From IMG/VR virus record IMGVR_UViG_3300005563_000031, positions 41,785-105,784 of that record: 64,000 nucleotides of DNA. One strand, 5' to 3'. Shown piece after piece: positions 50,825 through 60,308 of the stretch. The number at the start of each line of letters is the position of its first letter. Position 1 is the stretch's first letter. Position numbers and translations under genes: made by a program. Source of the DNA: a virus. Under the pieces are notes generated by a model that did not search any database, had not been told where the DNA came from, and saw only the letters and a program-made list of their open reading frames with translations.

Positions 50825-51481
50825 TCATAACCGCGTGTAGCCAGCCTCAAACTCTGTAGCCGGCGAAAACGATTGATACCCGCCCTCATACTGCACCCAG
50901 TACCCGCCTACTTTCGGCTCGTGCTTTTTAATGTAGGCATCGCTTACTACGAAGGAGGCGTAGTAGTTGTCCTCGGGTGTAATCAACCACACCTCATCTT
51001 TGTTGGTCGAGGGATCGTGGATGTCCGCTATTTTGAGCGCCCACACTTTCTTGTGGCACTGGTAGCGCGGCAGTGGTGTCATGCAACCCTCCGCGCCAAC
51101 ACGAATTGGAACGGTGGGCGGATTCGGATCGCCCCGCGTGATCGCAACCATATCGCCTAGTGTTGCGTTGCCGGCTTTCGCACGGCGCTTCGCATCCTCA
51201 AACTCGCGATTCACAGGAACAGACTGCGGAGCGGGCGGGCCCCCGGCCGGGCGCGGGCTATCGCTTACTGCTTTGACATTGCTTTTGGTCGAGCCCTCTG
51301 TAAGGCCCTTGGATGCGTTCTCAAACTCGCGATTCACAGTGGGGCCTCCGGGGCAATTAGGATAGTTTATACAGACACCTGCCGTCGCTCCGCAGTACGT
51401 GCAGCAGAGAGGATCCTCACCGAGCCGTTCAATCCAACGGCGCAATTCCTCGCTCGTCATGTTGAACAGTGTTTTGATCAA
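50825..51481 (-). CDS. composite hypothetical protein with conserved phage C-terminal domain
   Basis: YQCHKKVWALKI..PKVGGY.V.Y..GY.SFSP..FE.GY. Confidence 0.7.
   Translation of the reverse strand: MIKTLFNMTSEELRRWIERLGEDPLCCTYCGATAGVCINYPNCPGGPTVNREFENASKGLTEGSTKSNVKAVSDSPRPAGGPPAPQSVPVNREFEDAKRRAKAGNATLGDMVAITRGDPNPPTVPIRVGAEGCMTPLPRYQCHKKVWALKIADIHDPSTNKDEVWLITPEDNYYASFVVSDAYIKKHEPKVGGYWVQYEGGYQSFSPATEFEAGYTRL
51197..51339. repeat. 20-bp direct repeat
   Basis: CTCAAACTCGCGATTCACAG at 51197-51216 and 51320-51339 (encodes VNREFE twice). Confidence 0.85.
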
Positions 51482-51678
51482 ACTTCACTCCATACACCGC
51501 GTGTTAGATAGCCGTGCCAACTACCGCCACCGGTAATAAGGATCGACGGCGCTACGGTAATTGTACCATCCTCGTGCTCGACCACCTCGTGTCGCTTTAG
51601 ATTACCGTGCGCACCGTCTGGCAACGAGGCATTAACTGGCGAGCAGCACATCCATGCCCCCATGCAGTCGCTTTTCAT
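51478..51678 (-). CDS. DUF6527-like protein
   Basis: GTITVAPSIL..WHGYL..GVW. Confidence 0.65.
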   Translation of the reverse strand: MKSDCMGAWMCCSPVNASLPDGAHGNLKRHEVVEHEDGTITVAPSILITGGGSWHGYLTRGVWSEV

Positions 51679-51761
51679 GTATTCGCCCGGCTGTAGCTTG
51701 TACCACAGTGGCTCCCCGTTGTTGTGTGTCTCTTGTTCCTCGAGATCGCGTCGCCGCTTAC

Positions 51762-52067
51762 CTAACACGATACCATCCTCCCCTCTCGTATCCATCCGTG
51801 CCAGTTGCCAATCGAGTTGACGGAGGGCAACAGGGTAGGCTTTTGTTCGTTTCGATCCCAGTCCCACGAATGTCCACCATTTGTGGCCGGCGAACGCAAC
51901 GGCCGTATAGGTAGGTGTGCTATGTGGCCGCCGGGCAGTGCGCAAATCATCCATTGTTGGTTTTCGTCGTCCGTATAGAAATAGTAATCGCCCGGATCGA
52001 GATCGTACACACTAAGCGCGGCCTTCTCTCGCGGCACCAACTTCATGTTGATAGATTCCGTGTTCAT
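51762..52067 (-). CDS. DUF6527-like protein
   Basis: WDWD.N..KPTL.PSV..WHGWIREG. Confidence 0.7.
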   Translation of the reverse strand: MNTESINMKLVPREKAALSVYDLDPGDYYFYTDDENQQWMICALPGGHIAHLPIRPLRSPATNGGHSWDWDRNEQKPTLLPSVNSIGNWHGWIREGRMVSC

Positions 52068-52348
52068 ATGCCATACCCGCCGGCTGCTGCGAGATCGGGG
52101 TCGACGTACTGCGTGCACAATTTCTCCAATGGTGCCAACAACTCGCCAAGGTAGTAACGTGCAAACGCAATGGACAGCTGCTCGTGGGTACGCTCGACCA
52201 CCGCATGCGAACCAGTAAGTGTTTCGTTGAACACATCGGCGTCTGCCTTGTTGGTAAAGATACCAACGGGCACGAAATCATCGAACGTGACGGGGATGTA
52301 CTGGTATGCTACGTGGTAGCTAGGCGAGTGTGAAGCTTTCATGGACAC
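52064..52348 (-). CDS. hypothetical protein
   Basis: coupled ORF. Confidence 0.55.
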   Translation of the reverse strand: MSMKASHSPSYHVAYQYIPVTFDDFVPVGIFTNKADADVFNETLTGSHAVVERTHEQLSIAFARYYLGELLAPLEKLCTQYVDPDLAAAGGYGI

Positions 52349-52640
52349 TTCCTTGTGCTAGCTGCCAGCGCTCGGCTTCGCAATAGTGCGCACTCGTAAA
52401 GAACCCGTTGCAATAGCCGCAATAGTGCATTACAGGGTGGCTATGCGTGCGACCTAACCCAACCGGCGCATCGCATGCCGAGCATTCAAACGCCGTGTCA
52501 CACAAACACACATTTAATGGATAGGAGGAATAGGCAATCACGTCCTCATCCCACACAGATGCCGGCTTTCCTACTGCCAGCGGCACAATGGTCGCAACGC
52601 CTGCGCCAAAAGCTAACTTAAACAGGTCGCGTCGATTCAC
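52320..52640 (-). CDS. protein with twin-arginine-like signal and Cys/His-rich tail
   Basis: MNRRDLFK + hydrophobic stretch; AAGGAG SD. Confidence 0.65.
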   Translation of the reverse strand: MNRRDLFKLAFGAGVATIVPLAVGKPASVWDEDVIAYSSYPLNVCLCDTAFECSACDAPVGLGRTHSHPVMHYCGYCNGFFTSAHYCEAERWQLAQGSVHESFTLA

Positions 52641-52812
52641 TGCGCAATCTCCTTTGTTAACTCACGCGCGTATGCTTCAAGGTGCGGTGCGGAGTACTGC
52701 ACTGATAATTGTCTTTCTTTGCAGTGCCTAACCTGCTCCATAATAGATTCCACTTTGCCGGTTGGCAAGTGGTCGCGCATGAGTAGGTAAAGGAACTGTG
52801 TTAGACGTTCGT

Positions 52813-54528
52813 TCATTGCGGTTGTGCCCCCATAAGATATGCCGTGTGTACGATGTTGTGTTGTGCATCGGCCTCAGCTTCAGCCTTACGTTGCGCTTCC
52901 TGCAAGCGTTTGTCCACGCCATAGTACTCAAGCAACCCACGGGCGCCTGGGCGCAGGAAGAGGAACGTTAACAACTGCGTAAAGGCGTCCACCTGGTCGT
53001 CGTGCTTCGCCTTCGGGAAGTTATAGAGCTCCTTGAGGAATATCGGCACCCATGCTTCGGGCTGGCCGGTCTCAGGATCCAGCGGAAAGAACACGCGATT
53101 CGCTTCCCAGTACGGCGTAAGTGGCCGGGCGCGAGCGGGCTTGTCGATGTTAGTTTCAATCGGGACGACGGGGAACTTGCCATCGTTTTGGTATTCCTGT
53201 ATTAGCTGCTGGCCGGAGGCTTTGTCCTCGATCAACAGTGCGCTTGGGTTAACGACGAGCGAGGTAAGTGCGACCTGTTCCTTAAGCTGCGTGTACCGCC
53301 ACTTGTCGCGGATCACGTTGTTGATAAACACACCGCGATCAAACTCCCATGCCTCGAGCAATACGGAGTAATCGTTTTCCTCTTTGTCTTTGATTGCGCT
53401 ATCGATCGACAACATACGCTGTACGATGACACCGACGGGCAGCTGCGAACGGTAGATAAACTGCGCGTGGCCTTTCGTAAAAATCTCACCTTGCAGCATA
53501 CTGGGGCGCTGCTGGTGTTGACCTTCGAAACCGCTTTGGCCGAGGACGATGCGATCGCTATCGATGACATCCGTTGGAAAGCGCGCCTCGAACATGAGGC
53601 CATTTGTAACGGGCGTTTCAACTTTGGTCTTGTGATCAACAAAACCCCAGTGTGCGCCAACCGCAGTACCTTGCTCGTCGAGTGTTTTGTAGTATTTGCG
53701 CGGGTCCGTCCACCCGAGTGTCGTCGTGTGGCGCGTGTCTTCCTCTTCCTGCTCCCACATCTGCGGGATCTTAAGCAGCTCCCATGTAGCGAGGCCGTCA
53801 CGCTCTAACACATGGCCCGGTAGATCATCCTCACGCAGCCGTTGCCCGATAATGCAGCGAGTGCTAGTCGAGGGATCGGCCACGCGGTTCCAAAACGCGT
53901 TATCCCACCACCGGTTAACTTTGTCGACTTCGGGCTGTTGGAACGCCTTACGAGCATCCAAAGCATCGTCAACAAAGAGGCCCATAAATCGATGGCCAGT
54001 GACACCGGCTCCGGTAGTGAGTGCGAGGCGCTCACCGGTTTTCGTATTGCGGTAGTACAGCTTCTCGTTCTGGTCACGCGAGAACTTCCACTGTATGTCA
54101 AAAGTTTCCTTGTACCACTTTGATTCGAGCACCATGCGGCACTTACCGCTGTCGCGCGACTCGATGCCGGGGACCCCTGATGCAAAGCAACCGCGATACC
54201 ACGGCTTCCACGTCCACATCCACGGCACGAGGCAGATACTAACAATAGTCGACTTCATGCTGCCGGGGGGCACGTTGATGATTAGGTTGCGCTTACCTAA
54301 CGTGCCTTGCATGAGGGCTTGCACGTGCTCGCAAATAACATCGAGGTGCCAGTTCCAAATAAGCGGGGTGGCCGGCTCGATTATTTTCCAAGCCTCCTTT
54401 ACAAACAACGCGAAATTGCGCCGCATGCGCTCCGCTGACACCCTGTACAGCGGCGGCAGGTGCACGTTGTGTTGGCGCGCTACGTGCAAAGGCGGCGGCG
54501 GGGGCCGGTTTAAGGCAACACGTTCCAT
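52813..54528 (-). CDS. terL: terminase large subunit
   Basis: INVPPGSMKS (Walker A), LFVDD, QRL..DL, IEDKASG, FP.AKHDDQVDA. Confidence 0.95.
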   Translation of the reverse strand: MERVALNRPPPPPLHVARQHNVHLPPLYRVSAERMRRNFALFVKEAWKIIEPATPLIWNWHLDVICEHVQALMQGTLGKRNLIINVPPGSMKSTIVSICLVPWMWTWKPWYRGCFASGVPGIESRDSGKCRMVLESKWYKETFDIQWKFSRDQNEKLYYRNTKTGERLALTTGAGVTGHRFMGLFVDDALDARKAFQQPEVDKVNRWWDNAFWNRVADPSTSTRCIIGQRLREDDLPGHVLERDGLATWELLKIPQMWEQEEEDTRHTTTLGWTDPRKYYKTLDEQGTAVGAHWGFVDHKTKVETPVTNGLMFEARFPTDVIDSDRIVLGQSGFEGQHQQRPSMLQGEIFTKGHAQFIYRSQLPVGVIVQRMLSIDSAIKDKEENDYSVLLEAWEFDRGVFINNVIRDKWRYTQLKEQVALTSLVVNPSALLIEDKASGQQLIQEYQNDGKFPVVPIETNIDKPARARPLTPYWEANRVFFPLDPETGQPEAWVPIFLKELYNFPKAKHDDQVDAFTQLLTFLFLRPGARGLLEYYGVDKRLQEAQRKAEAEADAQHNIVHTAYLMGAQPQ

Positions 54529-54676
54529 GTGTTAGGTATACGTTATCTAATTAAATTCACAATAGCCCATTGCCAGTACGCCTCTAGCGCGGTGTTACCA
54601 TATCCTCGGTGTAGGTAAGCGGGCGCAACGCAGACCCACTGCCCGCCCACACGCGATATGTGCGGACGGCGCGCGT

Positions 54677-55180
54677 TCACATGCGCAGCGAGTCTGGAAA
54701 CCCGTCCTTGCGCACGCGCTCAACGACACGCCATACAAGGAGCGCATGTTCCGTGCTCATGCTGTCCACCGCGTCCGGCCACTGTCTACGCTCACTCATC
54801 GAGTACAACGCCTCAGACAGCGCGCGCTGGTTAATATCGGGTAGTGGTTGTTCTTTGATATAGTTAAGGAGTTCGCTCATGTTTGATTTCCCCTGTTCGC
54901 GGTTGCTATCTAATCGTTGTTTGAACGCTTCGTCGTACCACAACATGTTGTCATTGTGTGCGCGCGCATGCTTTGCATTTGGCTCATCACAAAACAAGAT
55001 AGTCGCATTGTGACAATGCCGCTCGATCCACGCACGACGCAGTAACCAAAAACACCCGAGGAACCCGCTGCCGGGTATCGGGAAATACCACTTAACCCGC
55101 AGCAAGTCATAACTACACCACGCAAAGAACACGTCAGCAATACCAAAGCCTGCAATCGCCGTCCACCATACTTTATCCAT
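54677..55180 (-). CDS. membrane hypothetical protein (possibly two fused ORFs)
   Basis: two TM helices; internal SD+ATG at ~54880. Confidence 0.5.
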   Translation of the reverse strand: MDKVWWTAIAGFGIADVFFAWCSYDLLRVKWYFPIPGSGFLGCFWLLRRAWIERHCHNATILFCDEPNAKHARAHNDNMLWYDEAFKQRLDSNREQGKSNMSELLNYIKEQPLPDINQRALSEALYSMSERRQWPDAVDSMSTEHALLVWRVVERVRKDGFPDSLRM

Positions 55181-55811
55181 GTACGTTCTCCGGAGCGGGT
55201 AATGCAACAAACTCGCCGGGCAGTGCTTGCAACGGCGCCTCTTGTGGTAACGCCTTGGCGATGATGACTTCGAGCCAACCGAGTTCCTCATCCGTTAACC
55301 GACTGAGATCGAGATTGTTGAGTGTGACACCGACCGGGCCTGTGTCCACTTTGATGTTCTTGTTGGTTGTTTCCAGTCCCAGCAATTTGTGCTTGCGCTC
55401 GAGGACATTGAGGATCACGGTCGCGTTTTTAGTGATGTCCCGGTCCTTCCAGTGCGACACGAGTAACGCGTCTAACCGGGCCAACTCGATATTACGCCAC
55501 TCCGCTTGTGTGTGCTCTGTGTGTTTCTCGATATCGGCACTGTACTCGCGCAACAGTTCGTAGACGCGGTTGGCGGTTAACTGCAATACGTCGGCTATGT
55601 AGGTAACCGGATGGCCCTCAAGTCGCAGGTCCCACGCTTGTTGGCGGCGCTCCGCCACAGTCAACTCGCGACGAGGCTTTAACACCGGCTGCTCGTAGGG
55701 GGTCGCTACGTTTAATTTGATCCTTGGTGTTGGTGTGGGGGGATTGTTTCCCCGACCAACCTTGGCTCGCGGGCGCCCGGCGCGGGGCGACAAACCAGCA
55801 TCCTTTGCCAT
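55173..55811 (-). CDS. terS: probable terminase small subunit (HTH)
   Basis: RRQQAWDLRL.G..IA..L; ELARLD.L; KLLGL; DLSRLTDEEL; upstream of terL. Confidence 0.75.
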   Translation of the reverse strand: MAKDAGLSPRAGRPRAKVGRGNNPPTPTPRIKLNVATPYEQPVLKPRRELTVAERRQQAWDLRLEGHPVTYIADVLQLTANRVYELLREYSADIEKHTEHTQAEWRNIELARLDALLVSHWKDRDITKNATVILNVLERKHKLLGLETTNKNIKVDTGPVGVTLNNLDLSRLTDEELGWLEVIIAKALPQEAPLQALPGEFVALPAPENVHG

Positions 55812-55885
55812 TGTCTACCTACAGTTATAATCTTGGTGCATCCCCTAGATAGCGGGCGAGTATACGCGCAGTGTGCGTCAAAAGC

Positions 55886-56125
55886 CTAGTAGCCTAACTC
55901 ACGCTTTAAATTTCTCGCTGCGTTACCAAAGACCTTTACAACCTCCGCGCGCCCCTCACCCGACAAACACACGCACAAACACGGCATTTCATGTCCATTC
56001 GGGAATAAGCGCGAGGGCGGTAGTTTTTTCTCACCTGTGCCTTTGCACATGCACTGTGGATCAGGTGTGTTGATTACCTTATAACGCGGGTACTTCGCTT
56101 TAAGACGTTCCACAATGTTATTCAT
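55886..56125 (-). CDS. hypothetical Cys-containing protein
   Basis: C.CKGTG..CLC.C. Confidence 0.55.
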   Translation of the reverse strand: MNNIVERLKAKYPRYKVINTPDPQCMCKGTGEKKLPPSRLFPNGHEMPCLCVCLSGEGRAEVVKVFGNAARNLKRELGY

Positions 56126-56342
56126 TCCGATACCTATCCCATATCGCGCGCATCGTGTAGTGACAGTAATCGCACACCACTATCTTGCACCCCGCCACAC
56201 GCACCACGTTCTCATTGCCGCGCACACCCCCATGCAATCCCTTACATATCTCACACCGGTCCTTTAATCGCCTATACCACCATTGCGGCAGTATCCACAA
56301 TAGGACACTATCCCATAGCGCTTGCAACTTCTGTTTAAGCAC
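56118..56342 (-). CDS. small Zn-finger protein
   Basis: CEIC..GGVRGNEN..CDYCH. Confidence 0.6.
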   Translation of the reverse strand: MLKQKLQALWDSVLLWILPQWWYRRLKDRCEICKGLHGGVRGNENVVRVAGCKIVVCDYCHYTMRAIWDRYRNE

Positions 56343-56510
56343 CCCGTGCGCGTCCCATTAGAATGCCACACGCGCCCACAGCGATCAATTCAAAATACGA
56401 ACGCTCGATAGCTGCGTGCCAATTGGGGATTGCTTGCCATGCCTGATAGGCGAAATTACTAGCACACAACGCCGCTGCAATCCCTACGTATGCGTAGTAG
56501 CCGTAGTGTT

Positions 56511-56714
56511 TCATACTCGTTCCACTGCTTTTGATTTGTACTCGCGTCGATAGTGCACTTGTGCTTTTTGTGATGCGTCGTACACCGCTTTCGCAGCTTC
56601 CGCCATATGCAAAGCGAGCGTTTCCGCATGCAGCTCGTGGTCGCTTTGCGAATCCACGTGCTCTAAGAACTCGTCCATTTGTGCAACGAGCATGCCGTAA
56701 TGTTGGCGTTTCAT
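56511..56714 (-). CDS. hypothetical protein
   Basis: AGGA SD, ORF. Confidence 0.55.
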   Translation of the reverse strand: MKRQHYGMLVAQMDEFLEHVDSQSDHELHAETLALHMAEAAKAVYDASQKAQVHYRREYKSKAVERV

Positions 56715-56734
56715 TTTATTCCTGTAAGTTTGCG

Positions 56735-57232
56735 TTAAGCTTCCAACGCCCGTATCCGGCGCGCAATCTTCATGCAATGTTTCTCAACCGTACTGCGCGC
56801 TAACTTTAGTCGCTGCGCGACTTCCTCGAGCGACAGCCCCTCACTACGTAGTAGATATACGGCGCGAACGGGTTTCGACAGCTTATCTAGCATAGCAATG
56901 CGGGCCGCGATCGAATCCATTGCGATCAAACAATTTTCCGGGTAATCGTATTCCAGCCGCTCGTCCTCGACCTCGCTTTCGTACTGCACCCACTTTAATT
57001 TATCGGCGCGATCAATGGCTAGGTTTTTGGCGATCCGAAATAGAAAGCCTTTCGGTTTTTCAATTACCTGCACCAACTCCTGTTGGTATGCGCGAATAAA
57101 AGTTTCCTGCGCGATATCCTCCACATCCACCCCCTGTGTGATGCAAAAGATGCAGCGCTTTAACGAGGCATGGTTTTCAATAAACGCACGAGTAACGGGC
57201 GTTACGGCTGCATTGTTACCCGCGTGTGGCAT
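56735..57232 (-). CDS. ECF-type RNA polymerase sigma factor
   Basis: EDIAQETFIRAY..FLFRIAKNLAID (region 2); EGLSLEEVA..L..STVEKH (region 4). Confidence 0.85.
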   Translation of the reverse strand: MPHAGNNAAVTPVTRAFIENHASLKRCIFCITQGVDVEDIAQETFIRAYQQELVQVIEKPKGFLFRIAKNLAIDRADKLKWVQYESEVEDERLEYDYPENCLIAMDSIAARIAMLDKLSKPVRAVYLLRSEGLSLEEVAQRLKLARSTVEKHCMKIARRIRALEA

Positions 57233-57234
57233 TT

Positions 57235-57675
57235 CTAGCAGTCAGACGAGGAATAGCCCGCATAGGTTGCAGTCGGTGGCGGATCCGTTTTGAGGAACCG
57301 AATGTAGTGTTTGATCTCTCGAATTACGCACGCCACTGAACGGTTCGAACCGTCGTAGAAAATGGACCGCGTGCCTTCCTCACCAAAAAACTCGCCCACA
57401 CACCCAGAATTAAATTCAAGCTCCCACACCTTAATGCGCCGCAAATAATGAAAATCCATCCGCAATCCCCGACGGCGGAACCACGGATCTAGCGCGCAAT
57501 GTCCCGCTGCGCAGGCAACCGTACCGCACTCGTTTTTCTCCCCCCACCACCCCATCTGCCAATGTTTGCGCCGCTCGTGCGGCGTTAAACGCTTAAGCAC
57601 GCGAATAGCATTCTCCCACCGCTCAATTTTTTCCGTAAGCGGTAAACAATCAAACAATTTGATACGCTTTTTCAT
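57235..57675 (-). CDS. hypothetical protein
   Basis: CGTVACAAG motif common in phage proteins. Confidence 0.7.
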   Translation of the reverse strand: MKKRIKLFDCLPLTEKIERWENAIRVLKRLTPHERRKHWQMGWWGEKNECGTVACAAGHCALDPWFRRRGLRMDFHYLRRIKVWELEFNSGCVGEFFGEEGTRSIFYDGSNRSVACVIREIKHYIRFLKTDPPPTATYAGYSSSDC

Positions 57676-57971
57676 GTTGCACTCCCACTGCGGCGTTGGA
57701 TGTCGGCAGCGATTTCCTTTATCGCATTACACCCGCAATCGCAATCACGCTCCAAGCCGCGCAGCGCACGACACAGGGGTGTGTGCGAGCTGAATTTAGC
57801 CGCTTGTACGAGCGCATCACGTAACGCGACAATCTCGCAAGCAGCTGTCATAGGTCCGTCTTGCACGTCGACGTACAAACGACGGGCGCGCAGCATCTGC
57901 GCTGTGTTGAGATCGCGCTCAATAACAAAGTCGCCGCCCGTGCGCGTAAGCCGTTCTCGTTGTGTCAGCAT
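57672..57971 (-). CDS. hypothetical protein
   Basis: H..C..CDCG motif; ATGA coupling. Confidence 0.55.
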   Translation of the reverse strand: MLTQRERLTRTGGDFVIERDLNTAQMLRARRLYVDVQDGPMTAACEIVALRDALVQAAKFSSHTPLCRALRGLERDCDCGCNAIKEIAADIQRRSGSAT

Positions 57972-58002
57972 AGGAAAACTCCGATGTAGGAAGATTTTGG
58001 TA

Positions 58003-58731
58003 TTATTGCAATTCAAAATTCGTAAACGCCACACTACTCGGCGAGCCGCCTACAGGTATTGCGTAGGTAGGCACAAACAATTCCGCATCCAACGTCAACA
58101 GCCACGACTCCCATCGTGCTTGTTTTGATTTTGGTATTACATACCACTGTGAATTGTTATCTACTACGAGTACGTAGGGTCCTTTATGCATAACCTGCGC
58201 AATCGCCGCATGGTCGCGGCGCGAATACGCTTCATTCTGCACTTTCAACTCCGTCACCGATTCGCGTGCTTCGTGTAACGCATCGAGCAGTGCTTGTACA
58301 AGGTAGCGCGGCACGGCGTTGATATCGATGAGGTGCTGTACTCGGTCGGTACTAAGATCAACCGCGCGCTGATCTACTACCGACTGCAGATTAAAAGTGG
58401 TTACGGATTTATCAAACTTTATTCGCCGATGCGGAAGGCAGCGCAATAACTGCGCCTCAATCGCTTCCTTTGCCGCGTACTCCTCATCGCCCGGCGACAC
58501 ATCGGCAGCAATGGCCTCACACGCGCTACACAGATGCAAGCCGTGTACAACAGCCGGGGTTAGCTCTGGGCCTGTGGCGCTGCGTACCTCAACCGCACCG
58601 CGTAATGCGTCCTCTGCCTCATCAAACAACGCCCACCCCTTCGGCCGCATGTGCGCTAAGTCGAGCGGAACCTCCATTTTCTTACCGCAGCCGTCGCATT
58701 CAAACGTTGCCACAATCGATTTGAGGGACAT
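58003..58731 (-). CDS. hypothetical Zn-binding protein
   Basis: CDGCG..HLCSAC. Confidence 0.6.
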   Translation of the reverse strand: MSLKSIVATFECDGCGKKMEVPLDLAHMRPKGWALFDEAEDALRGAVEVRSATGPELTPAVVHGLHLCSACEAIAADVSPGDEEYAAKEAIEAQLLRCLPHRRIKFDKSVTTFNLQSVVDQRAVDLSTDRVQHLIDINAVPRYLVQALLDALHEARESVTELKVQNEAYSRRDHAAIAQVMHKGPYVLVVDNNSQWYVIPKSKQARWESWLLTLDAELFVPTYAIPVGGSPSSVAFTNFELQ

Positions 58732-58738
58732 AGACTTT

Positions 58739-58942
58739 CTACTCGTATCGTGTTTTCGTGGTAAGATAAGACTTGCCCGGCAAGCAGCTGGCACGCGGCG
58801 CGTTCGCATCGCGTACCACTTGCTCCATACGTGTCTCGGTGTCGGCGGGCGAGTCCTTCGAGCACGCCTCGAGTATTCCAATACCTATAACCACTGCGGC
58901 GTACACCGCAGCCGTTTTAGTTGACATCAGTACTCGCTCCAA
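58739..58942 (-). CDS. small putative membrane/lipoprotein
   Basis: hydrophobic stretch + LEAC. Confidence 0.4.
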   Translation of the reverse strand: MERVLMSTKTAAVYAAVVIGIGILEACSKDSPADTETRMEQVVRDANAPRASCLPGKSYLTTKTRYE

Positions 58943-59021
58943 AACTCGATGTGGCGCAGGGTGCGCAGCGCGGCCCGATAGCGAGCACGTCGCCAGCGCT
59001 TATAGGCTTGCAGTAGGCGTT

Positions 59022-59384
59022 TCATGCTTCAGTTATACTCTTAGGTGTCGGTTGCGGCAGCGGAATCATCAAAAGAAACGCTGCTTTGTAGATGTTGCTA
59101 AGCGTCACGCCCGGCGGCGGATAAACGCCGTTGTCAACTGCCTTCTTAAACTGCAGCCACACGGTGCGCAATTCTATAGCTGCTTCATACTCGGCGCGCG
59201 AGGGCCAGCATTTGCCGGGACTGGAGTAAATGCCGCCATCGACTTTCATTGCCACACGGTCGCAGCGCATGCCGTTACTAAGATGCAGCCACTTGCGACC
59301 AACCTTCGTTATCGTAACGTCCTGCGGCAGACCACTACGCACAAGGGAATTGGGTACAAACAGCACTGTGTCTCCGACGTTCAT
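59022..59384 (-). CDS. small beta-barrel (SH3-like) hypothetical protein
   Basis: VGDTV..ITKVGRKW; AAGGA SD. Confidence 0.7.
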   Translation of the reverse strand: MNVGDTVLFVPNSLVRSGLPQDVTITKVGRKWLHLSNGMRCDRVAMKVDGGIYSSPGKCWPSRAEYEAAIELRTVWLQFKKAVDNGVYPPPGVTLSNIYKAAFLLMIPLPQPTPKSITEA

Positions 59385-59394
59385 GTTGTTGTCC

Positions 59395-59766
59395 TTACTT
59401 GAGTTTGAATTCGTAGCCAATCGTAATCGTGGTCGTTTCGCGCGGGCCGCAAAGGCCACCCGCACACGAGTTGGAGTAATCGTCGCTCCAACTACCGTCC
59501 GGATGCACCGTGTGTTGCTGACGAAAACCGCCGGGGGAAATGTTGTAGTGTTCGCCGAGATCGACAAATACGTGCTTGTACTTCCATTCCGCCGTAACAC
59601 CTACCAACTCCGCACCGAAGTGGGTTTGGTTACCTCCGAAGTGTTGACCAATGTGACTGATGTGCTGTACTTCGGGGCGGATAGTGTTAGGTTCTAACCG
59701 CTCACATACGGCACATCCTGGCAGCACTGCGGCTGCTGAGATGAGGGCGAGCACCGTGGATTTCAT
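59395..59766 (-). CDS. putative outer-membrane lipoprotein
   Basis: lipobox LPGC; C-terminal alternating IGYEF. Confidence 0.65.
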   Translation of the reverse strand: MKSTVLALISAAAVLPGCAVCERLEPNTIRPEVQHISHIGQHFGGNQTHFGAELVGVTAEWKYKHVFVDLGEHYNISPGGFRQQHTVHPDGSWSDDYSNSCAGGLCGPRETTTITIGYEFKLK

Positions 59767-59785
59767 GTTTTGGTATTAACTCCGA

Positions 59786-60127
59786 TTATTGTTTAGGAAT
59801 GGGCGAGACGGTGTAGGGAATCTTGCGCTTATCAAGCAGCTGCATGTGCGCCAGTGCAGCTTTAGCATTGCGGTGTGTGCGCACGATGTCGCCGCACTTG
59901 ATAGTAAGAGAAAACGGCTCGCACTTAACTAGGGCCGCTTCATTAAAACAAACAAGGTTGCCGTAGCCGTAGAATTTAACAAGGTACTGTGCTGTCGTTT
60001 TGGCATCGGGATTCGCGCGACGGGCGCGCACTTGTCCTTGCGCACCGGCTTTGATCTCAGGCACATCCTCGCGCGGCGTAACGACGCGCACGGTGTTACC
60101 TTTCTCGAACTGGTAAAACGATTTCAT
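59786..60127 (-). CDS. hypothetical protein
   Basis: C-terminus paralogous to the 60124-60303 product. Confidence 0.6.
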   Translation of the reverse strand: MKSFYQFEKGNTVRVVTPREDVPEIKAGAQGQVRARRANPDAKTTAQYLVKFYGYGNLVCFNEAALVKCEPFSLTIKCGDIVRTHRNAKAALAHMQLLDKRKIPYTVSPIPKQ

Positions 60128-60303
60128 GTAGCAGCCCTCTTGCATTTAAGCGGCGCGCACTTGGGCTCTTTGCGCGGCTCGGTTGCGTCCGGCGTTACGG
60201 TGTATTTGATCTGCTTACGATCGAGCATCATTGTGTGCCCGAGCGCAGCGTCTGCGCTCTCAAACGAGCGGACGGCATCACCGTATTTAATTAGAATGGC
60301 CAT
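60124..60303 (-). CDS. hypothetical protein
   Basis: IKYGDAVR..AAL.H..LD.K.I.YTV.P shared with the downstream gene. Confidence 0.6.
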   Translation of the reverse strand: MAILIKYGDAVRSFESADAALGHTMMLDRKQIKYTVTPDATEPRKEPKCAPLKCKRAAT

Positions 60304-60308
60304 ACTGC

